From Dehalococcoidia bacterium (GTDB lineage Bacteria > Chloroflexota > Dehalococcoidia > UBA6926): 64,000 bases of DNA. Under the pieces are notes generated by a model that was not told where the DNA came from, did not search any database, and worked only from the letters and a program-made list of their open reading frames with translations. The stretch lies in the NCBI GenBank assembly GCA_963666115.2, contig CAXXET010000006.1:1-64000 (forward strand), in the 5' to 3' direction. Shown in pieces: positions 9,030 to 18,921 of the stretch. The stretch's first letter is position 1, and every line of letters begins with the position of its first letter. A program made the translations under genes and the position numbers.

Positions 9030-9431
9030 TCACCCCCGCGGCGGCGTAACAATCTCGCAGCGAACCCCCGGAACCGCGCTCAAACGCAAATCCCCGGTAA
9101 CCAACTGGCAATCGTTCTCCTCCGCGATGGCGATGTACCAAGCGTCATACGCCGACGTATTATGCCGCAACTCCCAGGCGCGCCGGACATACGGCACAAA
9201 TTCACGCAGGTCGATATCCATATCGATAATGTCCGCCAGCGCCGATTCAGCTTTCTGAGCGGAGATCGCGCCCCGGTACTCCATCATCCGCAGAGCGTTG
9301 CTCGCCTCCGCGTACACAATTGAAGGACCGATCAGTTCGCCCTCGTCGATCATCCGCCTTGCCCACTCGCCTCTGGGGCCATCGTCCGTATGCATCAGCA
9401 CAAGGGCGGACGCATCCGCGACCTGCGTCAC
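9030..9431 (-). CDS. vapC: VapC/PIN-domain toxin (copy 2)
   Basis: Diverged paralogue of 5200-5601 with the same PIN motifs. Confidence 0.9.
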   Translation of the reverse strand: MTQVADASALVLMHTDDGPRGEWARRMIDEGELIGPSIVYAEASNALRMMEYRGAISAQKAESALADIIDMDIDLREFVPYVRRAWELRHNTSAYDAWYIAIAEENDCQLVTGDLRLSAVPGVRCEIVTPPRG

Positions 9432-9688
9432 CGGCGATCCTGGTGAATAGCCTCGACGATCATCTCAGGAGATACCGACGACGGCTCCTCCTTCAAACGA
9501 GCCCGCGCCCGTTCCACCGCCTCGTGCGCGGAGATCGTGCCGCTGCGCCAACCGCCGTTGGCAATCGACGTCAACTGGAGGCGCACGTACTCATCCAGCG
9601 ACTCCTTGCGCGCATCCGCGCGATCCTGGAGCTTCTGAAGCGTCTCGTCCGAAATCCCCTCGATAGTGAGCGTGTGCATCTTATCCAT
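9428..9688 (-). CDS. FitA-like antitoxin (copy 2)
   Basis: Diverged paralogue of 5598-5858. Confidence 0.8.
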   Translation of the reverse strand: MDKMHTLTIEGISDETLQKLQDRADARKESLDEYVRLQLTSIANGGWRSGTISAHEAVERARARLKEEPSSVSPEMIVEAIHQDRR

Positions 9689-9718
9689 ACCCCCAGTCTA
9701 CCACCCTAATAATGATCC

Positions 9719-10226
9719 CCTCGCGGAACTCACCCTCAACCGTCTCCGGATCATCGGCGGACGCCCCTTCACTCGCCCCGTTCGCGGCGCTTGCATCCCC
9801 ACCCTGCTGCGAGTACATCGACTGCCCAATCTCCTGCACCAGCCTGTTCAACTCCTCTGTCAGTGTACCCAGCTGCTCCGCCGGCGCCCCTCCCTCAAGC
9901 GCCTGCCGCACCTCTGCAACCTTCGCCTGCACACGCTCCCGCACGTCGTCCGTGATCCGCTCCTTGTGCTCCTCCAACAGCCGCTCCGCCGCATACGCAG
10001 CGGCATCCGCATTGTTGCGGATCTCCACCTCCGTGCGACGCTGAGCGTCCTCCGCCGCATGCGCCTCCGCGTCCTTCGTCATCCGCTCGATCTCATCGCT
10101 CTCGAGCCCGCTCCGCGCCTGTATGACGATCTTCTGCTCGCGGTTCGTCGCCTGGTCCTTCGCGTTCACGTTCAAAATCCCGTTCGCATCGATGTCAAAC
10201 GTCACCTCGATCTGCGGCATCCCCCG
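9719..10226 (-). pseudogene. dnaK: dnaK 3' fragment (~508 bp), fused to the last codons of a deleted dioxygenase gene
   Basis: Encodes [14 protein letters not shown]...EGEFRE with a different C-terminal tail; junction CCCTAATAATGATC|CCCTCGCGGAACT. Confidence 0.9.
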
Positions 10227-10285
10227 CGCCGCGCGCCGCTAGAGGCTGGGCGGCAAATCGCGGCCTGTCGTACACTAGTCCTGCC

Positions 10286-13222
10286 ATGCCTCACACTGAA
10301 CAATCTGTAAACACAGTTCTTGCCAACGTCCTCCGCCCCATGTTCGCCCGTGCGACGGTTGCGGGTGAGGACACACGCAGCGTTATGGAGAACCCGGCGC
10401 TCCAACTCGATGTCCTGATCACTGCCCCCGGCCGGTCTCCGGTGTCGATTGAGACCGAGTTCATGCCGGCGCGAACGGTGGAGGGTGACGCGCTTTCCCG
10501 CCTCGGAAAGACGGCCAGGCGAGACGGCAAGACAATCGAGGCGGCCATTGCCGTCCGTTACCCGGAGCGCCTTCGCGATGACGATGTAGACATCAGCGCC
10601 GGGCTGCGCGAAAGCCGTTTCTCCTACGCAGTGTTTACCCAGGAGGGTCCGGTCAACAATCTCCGCGCCGTCCGATTCCCCGAATCGGGATGGTTGGAGG
10701 GGGACGCAGGTGATCTTGCCAATCTGGCGCGACTTGTGTCCGTCCCGCAACGCGCAGTCAATCAGGCAGCGGAGAATCTTGAGGCGGGAATCAATATGGC
10801 CGCAACCGTGCTTGGAGGGCTAGACGTTACCCGCGGTCAAATCAACATCGATATCGCAGACGTTCTCGGCATGGAAAACGTTGAGCAAACACGCCGCATG
10901 GCCTCCGCGATCGTTGCCAATGCAATGGTCTTTCATGAGCGCATCGTAGGCATGCATCCTGACGCGCGCATTAAAACCTTGGATGCGATTGCCGGTCCCG
11001 GAGCGGCGAATCCCAAGGGGGATTTGCTCGAGAGCTGGCGGCAGATTCTCGTCATCAATTATCATCCTATCTTTGACATTGCTCGCCGGATTGTCGAATG
11101 TTTACCTGCGGAGCCTGCCGCGCGCCTAATTCGTATCCTCGGCGAGAGCGGCAATTACGTCAACGCAACCGGAATCGACAACGCACATGACCTGACCGGG
11201 CGGGTTTTTCAGCGCTTGATTTCCGACCGAAAATACTTGGCCACTTTCTATACCCGTCCTTCGTCGGCTACGTTACTCGCGCAGCTCGCCGTGGCAAAAC
11301 TAGAGCGTGCCGATTGGTCAGACACTCAGGCAATCGCTGAGTTACGCATCGCAGATTTCGCCTGTGGGACAGGGGCTCTCCTCTCAGCTACGTATGCGCA
11401 GATTGCTTCACGTCATGCGCGGACAGGGGGCAATCCGAGAGGTCTGCACTCCGCCCTGCTGGAAGATGTGCTGATTGGCTGTGACGTGATGCCCTCTGCT
11501 GTGCATATCACCGCAGCAACACTCGCAGGCATTGAGCCGGACATGCCGTACGAACGTGCTCATCTCTATACGATGCCTTATGGTCGGCAGTTGAATGGCG
11601 AGGTGCGAATAGGCTCGCTGGAATTCTTGGCTGGCGACGCAGTTACGACCAATACTCTTGAGAGTGGCGCGCCGTCGCAAGTGGAAAATGACGATAAGGA
11701 GTTTAGCGAAGAAATCATAGCAGTAATTCCGGATGACAGCCTTGACCTGGTAATCATGAATCCGCCATTTACTCGCGCCGGTTCGGATTGGGAAGGCGCG
11801 CACAGGGTGGAAGACTACGTCAAGCAGTTTCGGGGCCTGAGTACAACGCTGGATACGCAGAAGGAGATGTCCGAACGACTTAAGGGCCTTGCTAAAGGGA
11901 CGATGTACCATGGCTATGCGGGCATTGCCTCAGCCTTTGTAGCCCTGGCGGACAGGAAGCTGAAACAAGGTGGCGTGCTCGCTTTGGTTCTACCGATATC
12001 CGCAGCGGCAGGGGTGTCTTGGCAGGCCTTGAGACAACTCATCGGCCGCTCCTACACCGAAATTGAAGTGCTCTCAATTACATCAAACGGCGGTGGGATC
12101 TCATTTTCGGCTGACACCAGCATTGCGGAATGCCTAATCATCGCTAAGCGGAGCGGCTACAACACAGCGGAAACTACTGGGAGTTTTGCCTCATTAGAGC
12201 GTCGCCCGCGCGACTTGGTGCAGGGATCGCTACTAGCGCAGGCAATCAGCGAGTTGAGAGAGCCCCGGTCAATTGACGATGGACCCTACGGCGGCACACC
12301 GATTGTCATTGGCGAGCAATCGGCTGGCGAAGTCATGCAACTTCCCGTGACTGAACAGGGGCACGCTTGGGGAACCGTGCGGCTGCAGGATGGCTCAGTA
12401 GCGCAGACAGCTCACGCCCTTTTGTCGTCACAGCTCTGGTTGCCTGGCCTTGCTGATTCGCTTGAACTCTCGGTGACCCCATTGAGCCGGATCGCTGACC
12501 GGGGTTGGTATCACATCAACATAGCTGGCTCAACCGGTCCGTTCACTAAACACCCTCCTAGCCCCACAGCAACTGATCCAGCCCTTTGGAATCACGATGC
12601 CAAGAGAGAGACACGACTCATCTGTCAGCCCGATGTGCGACTACTCGTCAAGCCGGGAATGGAGACGCGCGCCCACGAGGCACGGCAAACTGCGGGTCGA
12701 ACACACCTAACGCTAGATTTCCGCTTCAATTCACAACCACTCGGTGCAGCTTTTACGACAACTCCATCACTAGGAGGCCGGGCATGGCCAAATGTGAATT
12801 TTGACGACTCGCGATTTGATTACGCTTTCACTCTATGGATCAACTCTACATTGGGCCTGCTGTCATTCTGGTGGCACTCCAATCGGCAACAAAGTGGCCG
12901 GGGAACGACGACAATCAGTGCAATCGAGTCCCTCCCCGTCCTGGATTTCCGCACTCTCACAGATAGCCAGCTCGCCACCGCAGAGCGCATCTTCGAGGAG
13001 TTCCGAGACAAGGAACTCATGCCCGCCTACCTGGCGGACGCCGACCCCAACCGTGACCTGCTTGACCGGCGCGTCGTCATGGACCTGCTCGGGTTCGACG
13101 AGGACACGTATCGAGCCGTGCGCCGTCTCGCGCAGAAGTGGTGCGCGGAGCCGTCCGTGCATGGAGGCAAGGCGCGCCCGCGGGACGCGCGGCCTATCCC
13201 CGACAGCTCGCCCCCACCCTAA
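10286..13222 (+). CDS. Type IIG-like restriction-modification enzyme (nuclease + N6-adenine methyltransferase)
   Basis: DFACGTG (motif I), NPPF (motif IV), FYTRP; N-terminal LDVLI...IETE resembles PD-(D/E)xK. Confidence 0.8.
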   Translation: MPHTEQSVNTVLANVLRPMFARATVAGEDTRSVMENPALQLDVLITAPGRSPVSIETEFMPARTVEGDALSRLGKTARRDGKTIEAAIAVRYPERLRDDDVDISAGLRESRFSYAVFTQEGPVNNLRAVRFPESGWLEGDAGDLANLARLVSVPQRAVNQAAENLEAGINMAATVLGGLDVTRGQINIDIADVLGMENVEQTRRMASAIVANAMVFHERIVGMHPDARIKTLDAIAGPGAANPKGDLLESWRQILVINYHPIFDIARRIVECLPAEPAARLIRILGESGNYVNATGIDNAHDLTGRVFQRLISDRKYLATFYTRPSSATLLAQLAVAKLERADWSDTQAIAELRIADFACGTGALLSATYAQIASRHARTGGNPRGLHSALLEDVLIGCDVMPSAVHITAATLAGIEPDMPYERAHLYTMPYGRQLNGEVRIGSLEFLAGDAVTTNTLESGAPSQVENDDKEFSEEIIAVIPDDSLDLVIMNPPFTRAGSDWEGAHRVEDYVKQFRGLSTTLDTQKEMSERLKGLAKGTMYHGYAGIASAFVALADRKLKQGGVLALVLPISAAAGVSWQALRQLIGRSYTEIEVLSITSNGGGISFSADTSIAECLIIAKRSGYNTAETTGSFASLERRPRDLVQGSLLAQAISELREPRSIDDGPYGGTPIVIGEQSAGEVMQLPVTEQGHAWGTVRLQDGSVAQTAHALLSSQLWLPGLADSLELSVTPLSRIADRGWYHINIAGSTGPFTKHPPSPTATDPALWNHDAKRETRLICQPDVRLLVKPGMETRAHEARQTAGRTHLTLDFRFNSQPLGAAFTTTPSLGGRAWPNVNFDDSRFDYAFTLWINSTLGLLSFWWHSNRQQSGRGTTTISAIESLPVLDFRTLTDSQLATAERIFEEFRDKELMPAYLADADPNRDLLDRRVVMDLLGFDEDTYRAVRRLAQKWCAEPSVHGGKARPRDARPIPDSSPPP

Positions 13223-13812
13223 TAATGATCAACATACCGATCCCCCGCCAAAACACGCGTACCCCGCCGCCTATCATAAACATACCGCTCAGGATCATCC
13301 GGCCCCGACGCCAAAAGCATCAAAACCACCGCAGGCATCGACGACGTCACCTCCATCGTATGAATATCCATCTCAGGCGGCAGAATCGCCGCGACATCCC
13401 CCGCCTTCAACCAGCGCCGGGTAGTCCGCTTAATCACAGACCCGTCCTCCGCCTTTTCCGGGTCAGGAGTGTAAGACACCTCCCGCGCCGCCCCCTGGTA
13501 CATCCCCGCCAGCCCCCACCGCGCCCCATGGTCGTGAATCGGCGTCTTATGCCCGGGCGGAATGACGGACACCAAAAGGCTCAGTGAGCGGTCCGCCGAC
13601 CGAAAAATAATCCACCGGCTGACCTCAGTCGGCGGCGTCTCCCGGTACTCGTCAGGTAGAAAATTCTCCATCAACAAGTGACGGAAAGGGTCGATCGTCC
13701 GGCGAATCAGCGTCACCGGGTCAGCCACGCTCACCGCCACGCCTCCCAGTTGACCGAGGAACGTCCCAAGCGCGGGATGATCGACGCGCAAATCAGAAGT
13801 CACAACGCGCAC
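13219..13812 (-). CDS. Cysteine dioxygenase-like cupin (allele b)
   Basis: Same 197-aa protein with substitutions (PEKAED, RRWLK). Confidence 0.75.
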   Translation of the reverse strand: MRVVTSDLRVDHPALGTFLGQLGGVAVSVADPVTLIRRTIDPFRHLLMENFLPDEYRETPPTEVSRWIIFRSADRSLSLLVSVIPPGHKTPIHDHGARWGLAGMYQGAAREVSYTPDPEKAEDGSVIKRTTRRWLKAGDVAAILPPEMDIHTMEVTSSMPAVVLMLLASGPDDPERYVYDRRRGTRVLAGDRYVDHY

Positions 13813-13830
13813 CGATCCTGACGACTACGA

Positions 13831-14229
13831 CTACACCTCGCGGAACTCACCCTCAACCGTCTCCGGATCATCGGCGGAGGTCTCCTCACCCTCTTTTTCC
13901 CGCGAACGCGGGAACCCATCCCCGTCCGCCCCCTGCTGCGAGTACATCGACTGCCCAATCTCCTGCACCAGCCTGTTCAACTCCTCTGTCAGTGTACTCA
14001 ACTGCTCCGACGGCGCCCCTTCCTCAAGCGCCCGCCGCACCTCCGCAACCTTCGCCTGCACACGCTCGCGCACGTCCTCCGTGATGCGCTCCTTGTGCTC
14101 CTCCAGAAGCCGCTCGGCAGCATACGCCGCCGCGTCCGCATTGTTGCGGATCTCCACCTCCGTGCGACGCTGAGCATCCTCCGCCGCATGCGCCTCCGCG
14201 TCCTTCGTCATCCGCTCGATCTCCTCGCT
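13831..14229 (-). pseudogene. dnaK: dnaK 3' fragment (~399 bp)
   Basis: Encodes [14 protein letters not shown]...EGEFREV*; homology to intact dnaK stops at 14229. Confidence 0.9.
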
Positions 14230-14240
14230 GCAAAGCCCGC

Positions 14241-14415
14241 CACCCCCCCGTCCGTCATTCCCGCGCACGCGGGAATCTGGCACATATCCCGCAACCCACC
14301 CCGTAACGCCGCCCAACCCCAAATGACGTGTCATTCTGAGCGCAGCGAAGAATCCAAAGGCCCAAACTGTACAACCGAACCCACCCGTCCACCCTGAGCC
14401 TATCGAAGGGTGAGC
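14241..14415. repeat. REP-like cluster homologous to 4052-4265
   Basis: GTCATTCCCGCGCACGCGGGAATC 14254-14277; GTCATTCTGAGCGCAGCGAAGAATC 14330-14354; CACCCTGAGCCTATCGAAGGG ~14390-14410; same order and shared spacer sequence as the 4.0-4.3 kb cluster. Confidence 0.85.
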
Positions 14416-14423
14416 GAAGGCGG

Positions 14424-14909
14424 CTATAGTGGCCAGTCCGCGAAGTCGTCTGCGGAAACCGGCGGCAGCGGCCCCTGCAACTCGCTGTACAGCATGCCGC
14501 CTATCAGGTTTTCCAACTGACGCACCTTTTCAAGCTTTGCTTTCAATATGGGAAACGCGACCTGTTCATCAGGTAGTTCCTTGCCTCGAGAGGTCATGGC
14601 GCTGTCCAGCATCCGGAATGAGTGCGCCAGGATGTTGCGGAACTGATAGCTGTCTTTGAGGTCGCCCCAGATGTCACCAAATTGAGACAGCATGGTCGAC
14701 TCCCTCTCTATTTCCTCAAACAGCTTCACCTTCCATGCAAATGGTATGGGAGCAACCATGAACCAGCGCTGAAATTCCTCTGCATGATGCTCAGGACGGA
14801 GGTATTCACACAGAAGGAAGGTCAGGTTGAATTCAAGCGATGCGACTAGGCTAAGATACTCTCCCCGCATGCGTTCATATTCCTGCGCTTGTTCAGACGA
14901 GTTGCTCAT
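14424..14909 (-). CDS. Hypothetical protein with HEPN-type RxxxxH motif
   Basis: Helical ~160-aa protein with RNILAH; ATG 14909 follows GAGGA. Confidence 0.55.
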   Translation of the reverse strand: MSNSSEQAQEYERMRGEYLSLVASLEFNLTFLLCEYLRPEHHAEEFQRWFMVAPIPFAWKVKLFEEIERESTMLSQFGDIWGDLKDSYQFRNILAHSFRMLDSAMTSRGKELPDEQVAFPILKAKLEKVRQLENLIGGMLYSELQGPLPPVSADDFADWPL

Positions 14910-14936
14910 GCTGTTCCTCACATTCGTCGACTGACT

Positions 14937-17900
14937 TCATCGACCAACCAGTTCCAATATCGCCCCAATCCGCCGCGCCGTGTTGCTAAAGTGCTCCACT
15001 TCGTCAGCGGTGACGGGGCGCCCCAAAACCTTCTGCTCGCGGTAGGAAAGCCACTTCTTGAGAACCTGGTAGCCCCCCAGTTTGTAGTTCCAGAGGGCCT
15101 CGGGGACGTTGCGCCAGTAGGCGCCATCATTCAGGTAGACGTCGAACGTAGTCTTGCCGAGCAGCTCCGCGCTGCCGCCCATTGCCGCGCGTTCCTGGGC
15201 GGTGAATTCGCGCACCTCAGCGCGCCCTTGCCCGGGCATGACGGCCTCTCCCTGCCCCACGTGGCCCCAGCCCGCCGTCATCGAGTAATCGTCGCCGGCC
15301 ATGCTGCGGCCGCTCGCTGTCGTGGGAACGGCGATGGCGGCCAGTTCAGGCCGGAGTTGGCCTGTGGTGACGCCATCGACGGGCGTGTCGGAATCAAGGA
15401 GGGCGGCGAGGCGCCTGCCCGTGTCGGCTGACTGTCTGAGTTCGTTCGCCGCGTTCGGCGCATCACCGTCCGGCCAGCCGGGGAGGGGAATGCGGGGGCC
15501 CTCGGCCCTTAGTGCATCCGCATTGGCCGCGAGATATTGCGATCCATGCGTTATGGCGATGACGTGGTAGTACAGATCCGTTGCTGTTGCACCCAGAAAC
15601 GCCAAATACCGGTGTGCTGCTGGTGCCAGGTTAGGCCGGGTTTCGGATGGGCGTGCATCGGTTTTTAGGGGGTCACTGCTGAGGTAAGCAGGAACACAGT
15701 AGACGCCACTGTTCATCTGATTTAGGTCGCCAAGTTGACGGATCGCCAATGGAGGAGACAAGTCTGGACGCGCTTTGTTTTGAAAGACGAGCCACAAATT
15801 GCCGGCGAATACGTGGGGTATGTACTCAGGGCGCGGCCTGTCAACCAGCTTCTCCCTGTCTTCCCAGTACAACCAGCGGATGTCGAAGGGCCTATAGGCG
15901 TAGCGAACAAAGTTGTCCTCTACTGGGCCACCAAGTTTCAGCAGTGACTCACGGACGGCACGGGCATCATATTCTCGCGGATTTCGGGTTGCGGTGGGAT
16001 AACGCTGGCCTATCGTATCGTGGCTCAAGCTGGCGTCGAAATAATCGTCGATGCGCTGCTTGAGGTTGGGCAAGTCGATGTCTACAACGAATGGATCGCG
16101 TCCGCTCTTCACGCCCGGGAAGGACACCGGAAACAACTCGGTCAGGGATGGCCAGTCACTCCAATCGGCGCTGACGGTCATCGGAGCGAACGGCAGGCCG
16201 AGCAGCAAATCTGGCTCAAAGGACTCATACAGTTCGTCAGGTTCCGAGTTGGCCGTCCTGGTAAGCTCGGCAGGCTTGTCAGCGCCCCAGAGCTGGCGCA
16301 TTCCGACCGTTTCCGCCGCCTCATGGCTGTGCTGGCGGATGAGGGTGGTGACGGCCGTGCCAACCTGGATGCCAACCGGATCCTCAGGCGTCGAGAAGAT
16401 GCTGGGGTCAGGCGTGCCGTCCGGCGTCGTCTTGCCTGTCTTGAACTTGTCCCCGTTGAGACTGTCGATACGGATGGCGTCAAAGGCTTCCAGGAATCGC
16501 TCTCTCATGCCGGTGAAGGAGAGGCCGTCCAGCCATGAATAGTTGGAGATGAAGCAGATAACACCCTGCCCGGTCTTCTCGGCGATGCGCCGCTCCGCCA
16601 TGCGGAAGAATCGGACGTAGAGGTCATTCAGGCCCTGTCCTTCCGGTCGCCGCACGGCGTTCGTCGTGCGGTAGGCATTGGAAAGCTCGCGTTCCTCGTC
16701 CACGGCCATACCGGCGAAGCCGTTGTAGGGCGGATTGCCGAGTATCACGAGAATCGGCGTCTCCTGCTTCACTTTCGCAGCACGCTCACGCTCCTCCTCC
16801 AGTTCGGGGAACGGCAACGGTTTTGTGACTGTCGGCTCCCAACCGGTGAGGGCGTTGGTGAGGTAAACGCCTGCCCGTTCGTCCTCATCATTGGCCAACC
16901 CGGCATCGAGCGACTGCAGGGTGAGTCCAACCTGCAGGTGAGCGACGACGAACGGGGCGGGCATGATCTCGAATCCAAAGACGCGCTCCGTGGCGGCCTT
17001 CTTGACCAGGGCCCCGGCATTCGCCCCCGCGCCGCGCCCTTCAAGGTTTGCAGAGATGCGCCGCAGTACTTCGGCGACGTATGCGCCCGTGCCGCAGCAC
17101 GGATCCAGAACGTAGACGTTGTCGGCAGCCAGTCCGTCCGCGATCCCCAAGTCGTCCTTGAGGGCGCGATCCACGCGGGCAACCATGTAGCGCACAACCT
17201 CAGGCGGCGTATACCACACGCCGAGCTGCTTGCGGAGCGCGGGATCGAACTCTTCCAGGAACGGCTCGTAGAAATACTGGACGGCCTCGCCCTCGCTGAA
17301 ACGGTCGAAGAACGCGGCGCGGTCCACGCGATCCAGCGCGGCGGCCGTCCAGTCCATCAACTCCACGAGGCCGAACCGCTGGAGTCGGCCGGGGTCCGAC
17401 AACTGCTGGAAGAGGGCGCGAATGACGGGCGCGTGGAGATGCCAAACGGCAGTGCGCCAATCAAATGAGCCGGACGGCTGAGGCATCTGCCGCGCCCACA
17501 GCACCCACGCGGAAAAGACGCCGTAGAAGAGGGTTTGGATGAAGGTGGAGCGGAAGAACGCGTCGCCGCGCTCCTGCTCAAACTGGACGCCCAGGGATTC
17601 CTCCAGCGCGGATTTCAGCGCCTCAAGCGGGGCAGCTTCACGCGCGGCCTCGATTCGCTCTAGCCCGTCCCGCGCATACGAGGCGAGCAGGCGGGCAAGA
17701 TCGCGGGGTTCAACGATGGCTGTCTCATGGGTCAGAACCCGGGTGAGGTATTCGCCGAGGCGGGCGCCAACCTGGTTGGCGAAAGCGCGGGGATGCTCAA
17801 GCAGTGACTCAAACTCGTCGTGGGATTCCGCCAGCCGGACTGTTTCGAGTTTGACGGGCTGATTGCTGCCGTCGTCACCGAGCAGGACAAAGTCGCGCAG

Positions 17901-18275
17901 ATTCGTGACGAGGACGAGGCGGTAGCGGTTCCAGTACCTGCTGACCTGCGCGCCGTCAGCGGTCAGCCACGCGTCATCAGTCCAGGGCTTGACCTCCAGG
18001 ACGCCGCGCTCCGGGGCCTGCTCCTCAACGGGATTCCCCTTGCGAGTCTGCTTCGCGGCGTACAGGCCAAGATCGGGATGGTCGCCCCCGGCTTGTCCCA
18101 GCTCCGTCACGCTGAAAACCTTGGGGCGCAGGGTGCCGCCGACTGCGTTCAGAAGGTTGTTCAGCGGCGGGTAGTAGGAACGCTCAGGAGTCGCGCCGCC
18201 GGACGCGAGAATGCTTCGCAGGTCTGCGAAGTAGGCCTCTGCGGCGGCGCGGAGTTTGGCGGTGTCGGTAGGCAT
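14937..18275 (-). CDS. Type ISP/IIL-like single-polypeptide RM enzyme lacking a helicase domain
   Basis: PDLGLY..GVLEVK nuclease; GVWYTP, DPCCGTG, GNPPY methyltransferase motifs; YAYRPFD and GGYQVLKKWLSYR C-terminal motifs typical of type ISP C-termini. Confidence 0.85.
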   Translation of the reverse strand: MPTDTAKLRAAAEAYFADLRSILASGGATPERSYYPPLNNLLNAVGGTLRPKVFSVTELGQAGGDHPDLGLYAAKQTRKGNPVEEQAPERGVLEVKPWTDDAWLTADGAQVSRYWNRYRLVLVTNLRDFVLLGDDGSNQPVKLETVRLAESHDEFESLLEHPRAFANQVGARLGEYLTRVLTHETAIVEPRDLARLLASYARDGLERIEAAREAAPLEALKSALEESLGVQFEQERGDAFFRSTFIQTLFYGVFSAWVLWARQMPQPSGSFDWRTAVWHLHAPVIRALFQQLSDPGRLQRFGLVELMDWTAAALDRVDRAAFFDRFSEGEAVQYFYEPFLEEFDPALRKQLGVWYTPPEVVRYMVARVDRALKDDLGIADGLAADNVYVLDPCCGTGAYVAEVLRRISANLEGRGAGANAGALVKKAATERVFGFEIMPAPFVVAHLQVGLTLQSLDAGLANDEDERAGVYLTNALTGWEPTVTKPLPFPELEEERERAAKVKQETPILVILGNPPYNGFAGMAVDEERELSNAYRTTNAVRRPEGQGLNDLYVRFFRMAERRIAEKTGQGVICFISNYSWLDGLSFTGMRERFLEAFDAIRIDSLNGDKFKTGKTTPDGTPDPSIFSTPEDPVGIQVGTAVTTLIRQHSHEAAETVGMRQLWGADKPAELTRTANSEPDELYESFEPDLLLGLPFAPMTVSADWSDWPSLTELFPVSFPGVKSGRDPFVVDIDLPNLKQRIDDYFDASLSHDTIGQRYPTATRNPREYDARAVRESLLKLGGPVEDNFVRYAYRPFDIRWLYWEDREKLVDRPRPEYIPHVFAGNLWLVFQNKARPDLSPPLAIRQLGDLNQMNSGVYCVPAYLSSDPLKTDARPSETRPNLAPAAHRYLAFLGATATDLYYHVIAITHGSQYLAANADALRAEGPRIPLPGWPDGDAPNAANELRQSADTGRRLAALLDSDTPVDGVTTGQLRPELAAIAVPTTASGRSMAGDDYSMTAGWGHVGQGEAVMPGQGRAEVREFTAQERAAMGGSAELLGKTTFDVYLNDGAYWRNVPEALWNYKLGGYQVLKKWLSYREQKVLGRPVTADEVEHFSNTARRIGAILELVGR

Positions 18276-18315
18276 AGTCTTGCTTTGATACTACCGCTTC
18301 CAACCATGTCCCACC

Positions 18316-18909
18316 CTAATAATGATCAACATACCGATCCCCCGCCCGCAACCGCGTACCCCGCCGCCTATCATAAACATACCGCTCAGGATCATCCGGC
18401 CCGGACGCCAAAAGCATCAAAACCACCGCAGGCATCGACGACGTCACCTCCATCGTATGAATATCCATCTCAGGAGGCAGAATCGCCGCAATGTCCCCCG
18501 CCTTCAACCGGCGCCGCGTCGTCCGCTTGATCACAGACCCGTCCTCCGACCTGTCCGGGTCGGGAGTATAAGACACCTCCCGCGCCGCCCCCTGGTACAT
18601 CCCCGCCAAACCCCACCGCGCCCCGTGGTCGTGTATGGGAGTCTTATGCCCGGGCGGAATCACCGAAACCAGCAGGCTGAGCGAGTTGTCCGCCGACCGA
18701 AAAATGATCCACCGGCTGACCTCTGTGGGCGGCGTCTCCCGGTACTCATCCGGCAAAAAATTCTCCATCAGCAAGTGACGGAACGGGTCGATCGTCCGGC
18801 GAATCAGCGTCACCGGGTCCGCCACGCTCACCGCCACGCCTCCCAGTTGACCGAGGAACGTCCCAAGCGCGGGATGATCGACACGCAGGTCCGAAGTCAC
18901 AACGCGCAC
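18316..18909 (-). CDS. Cysteine dioxygenase-like cupin (allele a, downstream of intact dnaK)
   Basis: HDH and DIH cupin motifs; starts 12 bp after the dnaK stop. Confidence 0.75.
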   Translation of the reverse strand: MRVVTSDLRVDHPALGTFLGQLGGVAVSVADPVTLIRRTIDPFRHLLMENFLPDEYRETPPTEVSRWIIFRSADNSLSLLVSVIPPGHKTPIHDHGARWGLAGMYQGAAREVSYTPDPDRSEDGSVIKRTTRRRLKAGDIAAILPPEMDIHTMEVTSSMPAVVLMLLASGPDDPERYVYDRRRGTRLRAGDRYVDHY

Positions 18910-18921
18910 CGATCCTGACGA

